Positions 36,652 through 47,773 of a DNA stretch of 64,000 nt are shown here, piece by piece. The translations under genes were made by a program, and so were the position numbers. Position 1 is the first letter of the stretch; every line of letters begins with the position of its first letter. A model generated the notes under the pieces. The model saw only the letters and a program-made list of their open reading frames with translations. It was not told the origin of the DNA and searched no databases. This DNA is from Rebecca billardiae RCC1528 (lineage: Eukaryota; Protista; Haptophyta), in contig OZ251228.1 in NCBI GenBank assembly GCA_965240325.2, positions 310,001-374,000 of the forward strand, written 5' to 3'.

Positions 36652-37815
36652 ATGGCGGCGACGACTGCGCTCGCGATGCTGCTCGCGCAGCATACGGCAC
36701 TGTGCTCTCCGAAGAGCGCGCCCGCAAGCCTGCGTGCCTCCGCTGCCACGCCGCTCGATCGTCGACGTGTCTTGCTCGGCCTCGCTGCGGTCAGTGGCGC
36801 GGCCGTCTGCCCGCCAGCACAGCGAGCGCACGCGGCCGAGGTTGCTGCGCCCATCGGTGCGCCAGTCGGCGTGCCTGTCGCTTCGGCCGCCGTCGCCGCG
36901 CAAGCCGCGTCGCCTGTCGCGCAGGCGGAGGCGTCCGCGCCGGCGCGCGAGTTCCTTGCGTCGGCAGCGGGCGGTGCCGCGCAGCGGCTCGCCAAGGAGC
37001 TCCTGCTCCACCCGATCGACACGGTGCGATGCCGGCTCGAGCTGCAGGGTGCTTCGCGCTCGCTGCTCACGCCGGGCCTCTTCGACGACCTGTACGCGGG
37101 CGTGCTGCCGGCGCTCACGGTGGGCACGCCAGCCGGGGCGCTCTTCTTCGCCACCAAGGACAGCGTGAAGAAGGCGCTCAAGGACGCGCTGGGCGCGAGC
37201 TACGCCAAGGAGCCAGCAACAATCGCCGCCGTGCTGATTGCGCAGCTTCCCTACTGGCTCGTGCGCACGCCCGCAGAGCTGCTCAAGACGCGCTCGCAGG
37301 CGGCGAGCGACGCCGCGGGCTCGTTCGGCAGCAGCGCCGAGCGCTCGATGGGCGCGCTCGCGCGCGCGCGCGCCATCGTCGCCGACGAGGGACCCCGCGG
37401 GCTCTGGCTCGGCTTCGGTTCGAACATCGCCTACGCCGCGCCCACGGACGTGGTCAAATTCGTCGCGTACGACGCAATCAAGCGCTCGGCCAAGCGCGCC
37501 AAAGGGGCGGAGCTCTCGCCGGCCGACGCCGCCGTTGCGGGCGCGTTCGGCTCGGCGTTCGCGCAGGCCGTATGCACGCCGCTTGACGTGGTGCGCACGC
37601 GCGTGATCGCGTCCGCGCCGGCGGGCGCCGCGGACGCGGAGCCCTCGGAGCGCGACTTCGTGCGCGTCGCGCAGCAGATGTACGCTGAGGAGGGGCCGGC
37701 GTCCTTCCTCGCGGGCGTGCTGCCGCGCGTCGCGCGCGCGTTCGGCTCGGGCGCCATCGGCTTTGGAGCGTACGAGGGCACGCGCCGCCTCTTCGGCGTG
37801 GGCCTCTCCGAGTGA
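36652..37815 (+). CDS. Mitochondrial carrier family protein (SAM-carrier-like) with plastid-type presequence
   Basis: Three PX[DE]XX[KR]XR signatures (HPIDTVRCR, TPAELLKTR, TPLDVVRTR); EGPRGL and EEGPASF; terminal FGAYE. Confidence 0.9.
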   Translation: MAATTALAMLLAQHTALCSPKSAPASLRASAATPLDRRRVLLGLAAVSGAAVCPPAQRAHAAEVAAPIGAPVGVPVASAAVAAQAASPVAQAEASAPAREFLASAAGGAAQRLAKELLLHPIDTVRCRLELQGASRSLLTPGLFDDLYAGVLPALTVGTPAGALFFATKDSVKKALKDALGASYAKEPATIAAVLIAQLPYWLVRTPAELLKTRSQAASDAAGSFGSSAERSMGALARARAIVADEGPRGLWLGFGSNIAYAAPTDVVKFVAYDAIKRSAKRAKGAELSPADAAVAGAFGSAFAQAVCTPLDVVRTRVIASAPAGAADAEPSERDFVRVAQQMYAEEGPASFLAGVLPRVARAFGSGAIGFGAYEGTRRLFGVGLSE

Positions 37816-38331
37816 GCGCACGGCCGTTCCTCGCTGAGCGCCTCCAACAGCGTTACGAGTACGACGACGGACGAATGACGTGACGACGAATGTCGAATCG
37901 TCGCGCGGTCGCGACGACTCTGATTTGCCGTAGCTCGAGTCGCAGCCGCAGGCAGCAGGCAGTCATTTACTATTGTCAGAGCCGCAGGGCCGATGAGGCC
38001 TTTTTTGCAGCAACGGCTCGACGACACCGTCACTGTCTCGAGCAAGATTCGGCCACCAATATTGATATGAGTGATAATTCGGCCCGTCACGCCGCGCGGG
38101 CAGTGCCAGTGCCAGTGGGTGGCGGCCCGCCTGGCAGCCCGAAGCCCTTCACTCCACCGAAGCCGCGCGGCACAGACCAGCGGCGAAACGACGAACTAGT
38201 CCGGTCGTAGACGCCCACACACGGCCAGCGTCAGCGATGCTGGCGCCGACTCAGCGGACCGCGACGCCGGGCCCTGCTAGGCGGCTCGCGTGTCGCAGTG
38301 CGCCCAGGAGCATCGCTCGAACTCTCCGCCC

Positions 38332-38735
38332 TCATTCTTGTTGAACCATGTACTCTTTGAACTTTTCGTCGAATGCCTCAATATCGAGGAGCTCCTGCGC
38401 GCGGGGGAGCGCGCATGTGCTCTCGTGAGGCGATGCGGCAGCGGGCGGCCAGTGTGCAGGCGCGGCGCGGGGACGGGCCTCTCTTGCGCTGGAGCAGCGC
38501 GCACCTGCAGGTATTCGTGGTCACCCACGTATTCGCCCTTGATGAACACCTGCGGATACGAGCGCTTCCCGCTCTTCTCCCACAGCTGGTTCCGCGTATC
38601 AACGTCCGATGAGCCGTCCACCTGCACGTACGCGACCTTCTTGTTCTCGAAGAGGTCGAGGACTTTGCGCGTGCCCGTCACCTGGACGTGGTTTGAGCCA
38701 TACGACGTGATCAGCACTTGCACGGCGTCGCCCAT
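38332..38735 (-). CDS. SH3BGR/glutaredoxin-like small protein; intron 38504-38395
   Basis: Grx-fold pattern RNQLWEKSGKRSYPQVFIKGEYVGD; no Cys active site; the spliced ORF is 97 aa. Confidence 0.85.
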
Positions 38736-39384
38736 GCCGCGATGCTTCTGGCGTGAGGTCGGGTAGCAGGGGAGCGCAGTGTTTCACACCGCGACGGGCG
38801 CGTCTGAGCGTCGAGCGCGCGCGAGTGGCCGCCGCCGCCGCCGTCCCAGCGCGCGGCTGCGGGCCAGATGCGCATACCGTTGCGGAAGCGCGATGGCGGC
38901 GCGCGTGCTGTGAAGACTCGATCTATGTTGAGCTCAACAGGACCGGTCCTACCGGTAAGTCCGGTTGTCCGGAGCTCCGGCGGCTGGTTCCGGACCTCCA
39001 GTTGGTCGTCGCAGTTCGTTACGTCCTATGATACGGTGCTCACCGGTACCCGTACGGTTTTCCGCCACAGGCCAATATGACGGTACGGGCGGGTCATATT
39101 CATTGCGCGCGCGATGAGAGAGCGCTCTCATCATTCACTGCATAGCAGTAATCAGATGCCGCATGTGAGCTTGAGCGTATTCGCGTATTCATCGTCCCCG
39201 TTCTTCTATGACGCCTAAAATAGGCATCAGCCCGGATGATGCCGGTGGTTCCCCAGATTGCAGATCTGCTGCTGGAGATCATGGTAACCAACTGCTCGAC
39301 GCGGGAGCGCTGTCCCTCGGCGCTCGCTACTCGCCCGAGTGCTTGGCACGAGCGGGGGGGGCCAGCCTAAACCAACCCCTTGCC

Positions 39385-39990
39385 ATGTCGTCGTCGCCGG
39401 CGGTGGCCGACCCCGAGACCGGCGGGCGGCCGCAGGAGGCGCAAGCGGTCGAGGTGACGAGCGCGAGCGCGGTGAACGCGCGCGTGCAGCAGGTCGTGCC
39501 CATGCAGCCCGCGCAGCCGCCCATTGCGACGCCCGCATGGGTCGACGACCGGCCATTGACAGCGATCGAGCTCTACCTGATCCGACTGCTGCGATACGGG
39601 CGCATGGTGAAGCTCGTCGCGCTGATCGATCTGGCGTTCACAATCCTGAACGGCCTCATCCAGCCCATCACGCTCTGCCTGGTCATCGGGCCGCTCACCG
39701 GCCTTTACGGAGCGCTTCGCTACAACCTGTGCCTGGTGACAGCCTACGCCGTCTTCTCGGCGATCAAGGCGCTCGCGTCGATCGTGCAGCTCGTGCTGCC
39801 CTTCTTCATCACCTTGAATTATTTCGTGTACCGCGTCATCGTCTTCGCCGTCTCCGCCCTCGTGCAGCTCTGGATCCTCAAGCTCGTCGTCCAGTTCCGC
39901 ACGCTGCTCGTCGATCTGACCGAGGAGAGGGCGATTGAGATCACGACCGCCGCCATGCACCCGCAGGCGAGGCGCCTCATCTTTTGGTGA
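39385..39990 (+). CDS. Uncharacterised membrane protein with about 4 TM helices
   Basis: Four hydrophobic segments, strong C/G third-position codon bias, GCCATG start context. Confidence 0.8.
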   Translation: MSSSPAVADPETGGRPQEAQAVEVTSASAVNARVQQVVPMQPAQPPIATPAWVDDRPLTAIELYLIRLLRYGRMVKLVALIDLAFTILNGLIQPITLCLVIGPLTGLYGALRYNLCLVTAYAVFSAIKALASIVQLVLPFFITLNYFVYRVIVFAVSALVQLWILKLVVQFRTLLVDLTEERAIEITTAAMHPQARRLIFW

Positions 39991-41799
39991 GCGGCGGTGG
40001 GCGCGGCGCGGGATGTGGAGCGCGATCGAGAGCACGATCGCTGCGCCGCACCCGAGGGCGAGGCGTCTCGCCCGCTGGCGAGTGGGGAGGAGGGTGCTAT
40101 GCCGGCGGGGTCAGCCGTGCTGCGCCATTCACTTGCGGCGCGGTGCAAGCGGAGGGCGCGCGCCCGATGTGCGCATTTTCTGCGCGGCCGTGCAGCAGGG
40201 TGGCGGTACCAGCTCGGCACGCCACGCGCACAACTGCTCGCCGCCACGTGAGGCTGCATCTCGCAGATGCCGATCACAGCATGCCATGGAGATTGTGTGC
40301 AGAGTGTGCCGCAGCGCGAGGCCCGCGGCGGACGCCGCCGACGGCTCCGGCCAGCCGAGCGGCCGGCGGTCAGCACTTGGCGTTGCCGAGGTCGCGTCCA
40401 GGATCGTCGGACCGCCGCGGGCCTTTTTTATTCACGGGGTCAGGCGTGCTGATGACCTCTCGCGCGCCTACGCAGCGGTCCGCTGCGGATCGCGGATCCG
40501 ACAACTGGCACGTACGGTCAAGATGCTAACCAGTCAGCAGACTCACAGCAGCGGCTTCAGCCTGAACTAGTAGTCTAGTTCAGCGCCTTCAGCCCGAATC
40601 GTACTGCCCGTACAGGCAATCGGCGCAATCGCGAGCAATAAGAAGTCAGAGATCTCAGTCTCACGGCTAGCCTCGGTTTCTTACTCGGCCGTTCGGAATC
40701 GCGGTACGGCCCGAGCGCCTACGAGTACGGAGTCTCAACGTTTCTTAGCTAGGTCCGCCCGCCGCGCAGGCGCGGGGGGCGCAGGGGGGCAGAGCCCCCC
40801 GCTGAGTCTTTAGGCCCGGCCGGCGAGTCCGACGAAAATTTTGGGCCTTTTTGGAGCAAATATGGCATGATGTTGCATGGATGCTGCGGCGCACTGGCCA
40901 GGAGTCAGCCATCCGGAGAAGTCGGGACTTGGCCTGTACTCGCAGTCGGGCCGCGCGCCGCGTCCCCGACGGGCCGGTGACTGCGCCTCGCCCTCGGCGG
41001 ACCACTCGTCAGCCGGGACGACGTAGTCCCGGTTTCTTAGTGTGATTATGCGTATCTGCTAAGCGAACCAGCCAATCGCTAGTCTCAGTTTCTAGGCCAG
41101 ATCCGCAGATAGCAAGCCCCAGTTTCTTAACGTCACTGTTTAACGTGACAGCTCCTTATTGCCCACGATTGCCTGTAGTTTTCACCGTGGGCCGCTTAAA
41201 ATAACGTATATATACTACGCGGTGGCCGTACGTCAGACGGCCCGTACCAGCTGCCTACAGCGTAACTAGTTAGACTCATCAGTTTGACAGTTATGTGTTA
41301 GACAGTAGTCAGTACGCTTAGCTGACGGCCCGGAGTAGTGACAGTACTCACCGTACTCAGACTCAGATACAGAGACAGTAGTCAGTACTCCGAAGTCAAA
41401 CTGACAATCGGCGGATGGACAGAGAGAGACGCCGGACTAGTCCGGGCCAGTCGTCGACTCACGGTCTCGCACTAGAGTGTAGGGCTCCGGTGACTCACAA
41501 GTGACCGTATAGTATTAGTTTCAAGACTCCTAATGAGTAATGTCAGACGGTCCGCCATGCAGCAATCATGCACTCCGAGACCGTACTCATCGGTCCCGGA
41601 CTGGCTGCAGAGACAACCTCGCGCAGTTTAGGAGCGACGGAGCCTTTAAGTCAGCACTAGCTTATTAGACGGTTTAGACGTTTCAGTAATACTACTTCAC
41701 TCTAATAAGTCGGATAGGCAGCCCGTTAGGCAGCATCAAAGCACTCGTCAGCCGCCATGACTCACACTAAGCTTAAGTGTGCCGAGTGCCCGCGTGCTG

Positions 41800-42297
41800 C
41801 TATCGTTCCGTGCTGACGACGCTGGCCATGTTCACAGAGGTGACTACGGCCAATGCCGCAGGCGCGTCGGCCGCTGCGACGCTCTTCGTCGCAGCCTGTC
41901 TTGAATCGCTCTCGCCCTCGTCCTCGCGGTCCTCGTCTGCCGCCAGCCAGCCGAGCTCTAGCGTGCCGACGAGTCCATCGATGTTGACCCAGGCGTGGTG
42001 GCGCGCGACGGCTTCGGTGGCATCGGTACCGAGCAGCTTGCGGATGTACTGCGCGCCGCCGGGGTGGAATTCGATGTACGGCACGATGTTATATACGCGG
42101 CCATTGACCGCGAGCCATCCATCCGCTGCGCTCGCGTGGCGCGCGAGCTCCTCGCGGGTGATGCAGCGCAGGGGCGCCCCGCGGCGGCCGGCGAGGTCTG
42201 GGTCGGCGTCGATGAGCTTCATCCAGTGCATTAGAGAGCGGCCGGGCTTGAGTGGCTCCCGACCGCGCCCAGAGCCCGTCGGCCCTTTCTGCGGCAT
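41800..42297 (-). CDS. Cytochrome b5 heme-binding domain protein (RLF/Irc21/CYB5R4 N-terminal type)
   Basis: LKPGRSLMHW, ITREELARH, GRVYNI..Y..FHPGG, GTDAT...HAWVN. Confidence 0.9.
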   Translation of the reverse strand: MPQKGPTGSGRGREPLKPGRSLMHWMKLIDADPDLAGRRGAPLRCITREELARHASAADGWLAVNGRVYNIVPYIEFHPGGAQYIRKLLGTDATEAVARHHAWVNIDGLVGTLELGWLAADEDREDEGESDSRQAATKSVAAADAPAALAVVTSVNMASVVSTER

Positions 42298-42517
42298 CTC
42301 GGCGACGGCCAGCGTATCACCACGTCCGGACGCGAGACGCGAGCCATTAATAATTGGCGAGCGTGGTCGGGCCACCGCCTGTCCGGATCCAATTACCAGT
42401 ACCCGACTAGACAGTACCAGATCGAAAATTATGCGCCCGCGGCCTTCGCGCCCATCAGCTTCATCTTCCTCGAAGGTCCCGCATCACGCCGCTGGCCCGT
42501 GCCCCTCGTCTGCCGCC

Positions 42518-45500
42518 ATGTCGCCACACCCCGCCCAGGTCCCGGTGCCCGCGCGCGTCTCGAAGGGGTCGCACGTGTCGCGCATGTCGACGTACCAGAG
42601 CATGTACGACAAGTCCGTCAGCGACCCCGACGCCTTCTTCGGCAAGGAGGCCAAGGACCGGCTGTCGTGGATGCGCCCCTTTGAGCAGGTGCTGCAGGGC
42701 GGCTTTGCGCAGGGCGACGTGGCGTGGTTCAACGGCGGGCAGCTCAACGTCTCGGCGAACTGCCTCGACCGCCACCCCGCCGACCGCATCGCCATCATCT
42801 GGGAGGGCGACGAGCCCACCGACGTCCGGCGCATCACGTACGGCGAGGCGCTGCAGGAGACGTGCCGCTTTGCCAACGCGCTGCGCACGTGCGGCGTGAA
42901 CAAGGGCGACCGCGTCGCGATCTACATGCCGATGGTGCCCGAGGCGGCGTACGCCATGCTCGCGTGCACGCGCATCGGCGCCGTCCACTCCGTCGTCTTC
43001 GCCGGCTTCTCCGCCGAGGCGCTGCATGCGCGCATCATCGACGCGGACTGCAAGGTGGTGATCACGGCCGACCACGGGCTGCGCGGCGGCAAGGTGATCC
43101 CGCTCAAGCAGATGGTGGACGACGCGCTGAAGCGCGGCGCGCCGTCCGTCTCGCACGTCCTCGTGCACCAGCGCACGGGCAAGACCGTCCCCTTCACCAA
43201 GGGCCGCGACGTCTGGCTCCACGAGGCGATGGCCAACGAGAGGCCGGGTACGCCACGCGCGCCGCGCGCGCGCCGAGGCCATGCTTGCGGCGCGCGCGGC
43301 GCGTGCGCGCGCGGCAGGGACGGGCACGGGCCGGGCGTGGACGCTGGGTGGCGCGGCGCGAGGGGTGGCTCCGAGGGCACGCGCGGGGCCAGGGGGGAGC
43401 GGCTCGCGCGCGGCGGCCGGATGGCGGTGGCTCCGTGCGCTTGGGGTCGGGTGCGCGGGTGCCACGGCACGTCCCACCCGCGGCCATCACCGCCCAGCGA
43501 GCCACCGCGTCACTCACGCGCACGCTCCTTCCATCCCCGCGCCCAAACCGTCCCCGCCGCCCCGGCCCCGACTCTCCTGGACCTGTCCCGGACTGCCCCG
43601 GACCGCCCCGGACTGACGGCCCCGGGCCCACGCGCGCTTGCAGTCTGCCCGCCCGTCCCGTGCGAGTCGGAGGACCCGCTCTTCCTGCTGTACACCTCGG
43701 GCAGCACGGGCAAGCCCAAGGGCGTGATGCACACCACCGCGGGCTACTTGCTGTGGGCGGCTCTTACCCATTTCTATGTCTTTGACTATCGGCCGGGTGT
43801 GCGCGCGCATTTGCGCGCCGCCGAGCGCGCTCTGCGCGCCGCCGAGGCGCGTGGCCCAGGCGCGTCGCCGAGGCGGTTGGCCGAGCGCGAGGAGGGCGCG
43901 CGCGGCGCGTGGCCGACCGCCGCGCGAGCGCGCGGGCAGCTCGCGAGGCGGCGCGCCCCCTCGGCGCGTGTACCGTGCGGCACGCGACGCGCTGAGCCTT
44001 GGCTTGCGCGCCCTGCCCACTGTCGCACGCTGCGCTTCCCGCCTCCCGCGCAGGCGACGTGTACGCGTGCGTCGCTGACATCGGCTGGATCACCGGCCAC
44101 TCGTACATCGTGTACGGCCCGCTGTGCAACGGCGCGACCACGTTCATGTTCGAGTCAGTCCCCACCTATCCCGACGCTGGCCGGTGCGGCGCGCGCGCGC
44201 GCCGCGGTGCGCACGGTGGCGCGCACGCGCGCGCGGTGTGGGCGCGGCGCGCGGGCGGCGAGGCGCGCGAGCGAGCTCGTTCGCGCGTGCGCGCGTCTCG
44301 GCCCAGCCCGCCCTCACCCGAGCGCACCTGCCGCCGCCACCGCCGCCGCGCCGGCCGTGCGCGCCGCCGCGCCCGCCTGCCGCCGCGCCCGCCCGCCGCC
44401 GCCGCGCCCGCCCGCCCGCCGCCGCTCCCGCCCGCCGCCGCGCCCGCCGCAGGTACTGGGACATGGTCTCGCGGCACAAGATTACGCAATTCTACACGGC
44501 GCCGACCGCGGTGCGCGCGCTGATGAAGTTCGGCACGGAGTGCGTCAAGAAGCACGACCGCTCGTCGCTGCGCGTGCTCGGCACCGTCGGCGAGCCAATC
44601 AACCCCGAGGCTTGGAAGTGGTACTTCGAGGAGGTGGGCGACTCGCAGTGCACCATCGTCGACACCTTCTGGCAGACGGAAACAGGCGGACACATGCTCA
44701 CGGGCTTGCCGGGCTGCACGCCGATGAAGCCGGGCGCGGCCTCGCTCCCCTTCTTCGGCGTCAAGCCAGCCGTGATTGACTCGCAGGTGCGGCAGCGCGC
44801 GCGCTGCGCGGGTGCGCTCCGGCCGCGGGCGGCGCGGGCAGCGCGGTTCTGGCATCGGCTGCCGCGGTGGGCGAGCGCTTGCGCACCGCAGAGCAGCGTG
44901 CGTGCGTACCCTGTGTGTGTGCGCGCGCGCGCGCGCGCACATGGCAGCACGGCCGGGCGGGCGGGGCGGCGTGTGCTGCGGGCTCGCTTCCGTGCGCAGT
45001 CGGTCGCGTGGTTGGCGCTGCCTCCCCACCGGCCCGCGCGTGCACGCGGCCGCGGGCTCAGCACCGTTGGCCCCCGTGTGCCCGCCGCCTCGCCCCGTGC
45101 GCGCGCGCGCCCACCGCGCGCTCGGCCGGAGCAGTCCGGGAACGAGATCTCCGGCAACAGCGTCGAGGGGGTCCTGGCCATCGCGCAGCCGTGGCCCGGG
45201 ATGGCGCGCTCCGTCTATGGCGACCACAAGCGCTACATGGAGACCTACCTCAAGCCGTACGCCAACTTCTACTTCACCGGCGACGGTGCGCTGGCGCGCG
45301 CGCGCGCGGCGCGCCCGCGCGCCCGCGCGCCTCGCCTGCCGCCGCGCGCGGGTCGGGCGGGACGCGCGCGCCGCGCCGCGCCGCGCATGTAGCGGGCGCC
45401 CGCGACGGCACCCCGCGCGCGGCGGCGTGCGGCGCTCACGCGCACGCCACCCCCTTCGCAGGCTGCCGCCGTGACGAGGACGGCTACCTGTGGATTACTG

Positions 45501-46495
45501 GCCGCGTGGACGACGTGCTGAACGTCTCGGGGCATCGGCTGGGCACTGCTGAGATCGAGTCGGCGCTGGTGACGCACGCGGCGTGCGTCGAGGCCGCGGT
45601 GGTCGGGATCCCGCACGACATCAAGGGCGTCGGTATCTTTGCGTACTGCATCCTCGCCGACGGCTTCGAGGCATCCGACGCGCTCGTGAAGGATCTCAAG
45701 GGTGCGCGCGCACGCGCGCACGCGCGCACGGGCGCACGGGCGGAGGCGGCGCGCCACGCCGCGCCGCGCCAGGGAGGGCGGCTGTCCCGCGCGCCTCGGC
45801 CGCGCCCGGCACGCGATGCGTCGCGCGGCGCGTGCGCGCCGGCGTGCGGCAGCTTCGAGGGGCGCGCGTGCCGTGGCACCCACCGCCGACTCTGAGGCGC
45901 TCCGCGGCTCGGGGCCCAGCAGCACGCAAGCCCAGTCAGCCTGTCTGTGGCTCGGTCGCGAGAAGCGAGACGCGAGACGCAGGACGCTCACAGTGGCCGC
46001 GCCGAACGCGCGCCCCGCGCAGGCGCCGTGCGCAAGGAGATTGGCGGCATCGCCACGCCCGACATGATCATCTGCACCAACGGCCTGCCCAAGACGCGCT
46101 CGGGCAAAATCATGCGCCGGGTGCGCGGGCGGGCGCGCGCGCGGCCATGCGCCGCACCCGCGCCCCGCGCGCGCCGCCGCGCGGCTGAGCCGCGCTCGCG
46201 TCCGCACTGCGCGCGCGGCGCGGCGCATGGCGCGCAGATCCTGCGCAAGATCGCGTGTGGCGAGGCGGACCAGCTCGGTGACGTGTCCACCCTCGCAGAC
46301 CCGTCGATCGTGCCCGCCCTGATCGCCAAGGTCGAGCAGGCCAACGACCCCAACGCTCAGGTGACCACGCCGCCGGCCGCGGGCGGCGCCGCGCCGTCCG
46401 CGCCGTCCGGGCGGCCCACTGCAGCCGAGGTCCCTCCAGTGGTGAAGAAGGGCTCCTCGATGGGAGGCATCTTCTCCTGGTTCACCTTCTCCTGA
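42518..46495 (+). CDS. ACS: AMP-forming acetyl-CoA synthetase; exons 42518-43247, 43644-43796, 44054-44183, 44453-44786, 45135-45285, 45462-45701, 46023-46120, 46238-46495
   Basis: [64 protein letters not shown]; all seven introns are GT-AG and in phase. Confidence 0.97.
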
Positions 46496-47773
46496 GGGGG
46501 GGCGTTCTCCTGAGGTGGGCGCCGGGAGCGGCGCCGCCGCCCCGCGCGGCGCACCGCCCCGCCTGGCGCGGCTACCACAATGCCTGCGGCCACGCGGGTG
46601 GGCGCGGCTGCGGCCGGGCACGTGAACACTCGGGCGCCGCCGGGGCCGGGCCTTGCGCTGGCGCGCCGCCCGGCGGAACGATCGACGGCCCTCGGCCGCC
46701 GTGCGGCGCGCGGCGCTCACGCGCGCGCTACCCACGCCCGCCCACGCGTGCGCGACCGCTGGACCGCCAGGACCCGGACGTGAAACGGCAGAAGACCTGG
46801 TAGTGGTAGTGATGGCAACCCCCCGCCCGACCGACAATGCGGACGGACGTGTGACCCGTGATGATGCAGCACACTTCGTCCCTCCCCAGCCGCAGCCCAG
46901 CCCCGGACAAGCAACTGGCGCGGCCGCAGCGCACGCACTGTATTCAGGGGCCCCACCCGACTGGCACCGCTCCGTCGGCATGTCCCGCCCGCCGCGGCCG
47001 CGGCGGCAGAGCAGGCACTGATGACGACTGGCAGGCGCCTCCTGTTTACCTGACGGTACGGGCAGACACTGTCACTAGGTCTAGGACCGTCACCGTGTGC
47101 GCCTGACAGTGTCGGTGATCGCCGGAGTGACCGTCGGGAGTGAGACTGACCGGTCCGGCTGCGGATCGTCGTCCGTCAATTAAATAATGACTACGACATT
47201 GCAATATAAATGTTTGATGACAAATATTATTCGCGGCATATCATTCCGCCACGTTCACTGTTCAGAAGTGTTTAGCCGCCGCACACGGTTTGGAGTTCCG
47301 CTGCGGCCGGGGGGGGCGCGGGCCGGGCCCGCACTCGGCCACTCGCGGCGGGGCGGGCGGCCCGACCGCGCGGGCCGCCCGGCGCCAGCGGTTACACCGG
47401 GCTGCGGCACGGCAGGATCAGATCCGAACACGGAACAATAATCACCTCGTCAGTCATCATCATCATCATGATCAGCGGCGCCGCGCGACACGCGCGACTT
47501 GTGTGAGCTCCCGCCGGTGGAGTCAGTCAGCGATGCGTGCGCGCGCGCGCGCGCTGGCGCGCCCTCCTGCCGGCACGCGCCCGAGCAGCAGTCGTCATTT
47601 CCAGCCAGTCATCCGGCTCCGATGTCGCGGGCGTATCCTGGCCCGCATGCCTCCATCGCAACTAGCCGCGCCACGACCACCTCCGAGCGGGCGCGCAGGC
47701 CGCGCTGCTCTCGGTCTCGGAGGGGCGGCGAAGGCTGAGCGCACGAGGTACCCACGGGTACTCACGTGGGTAC

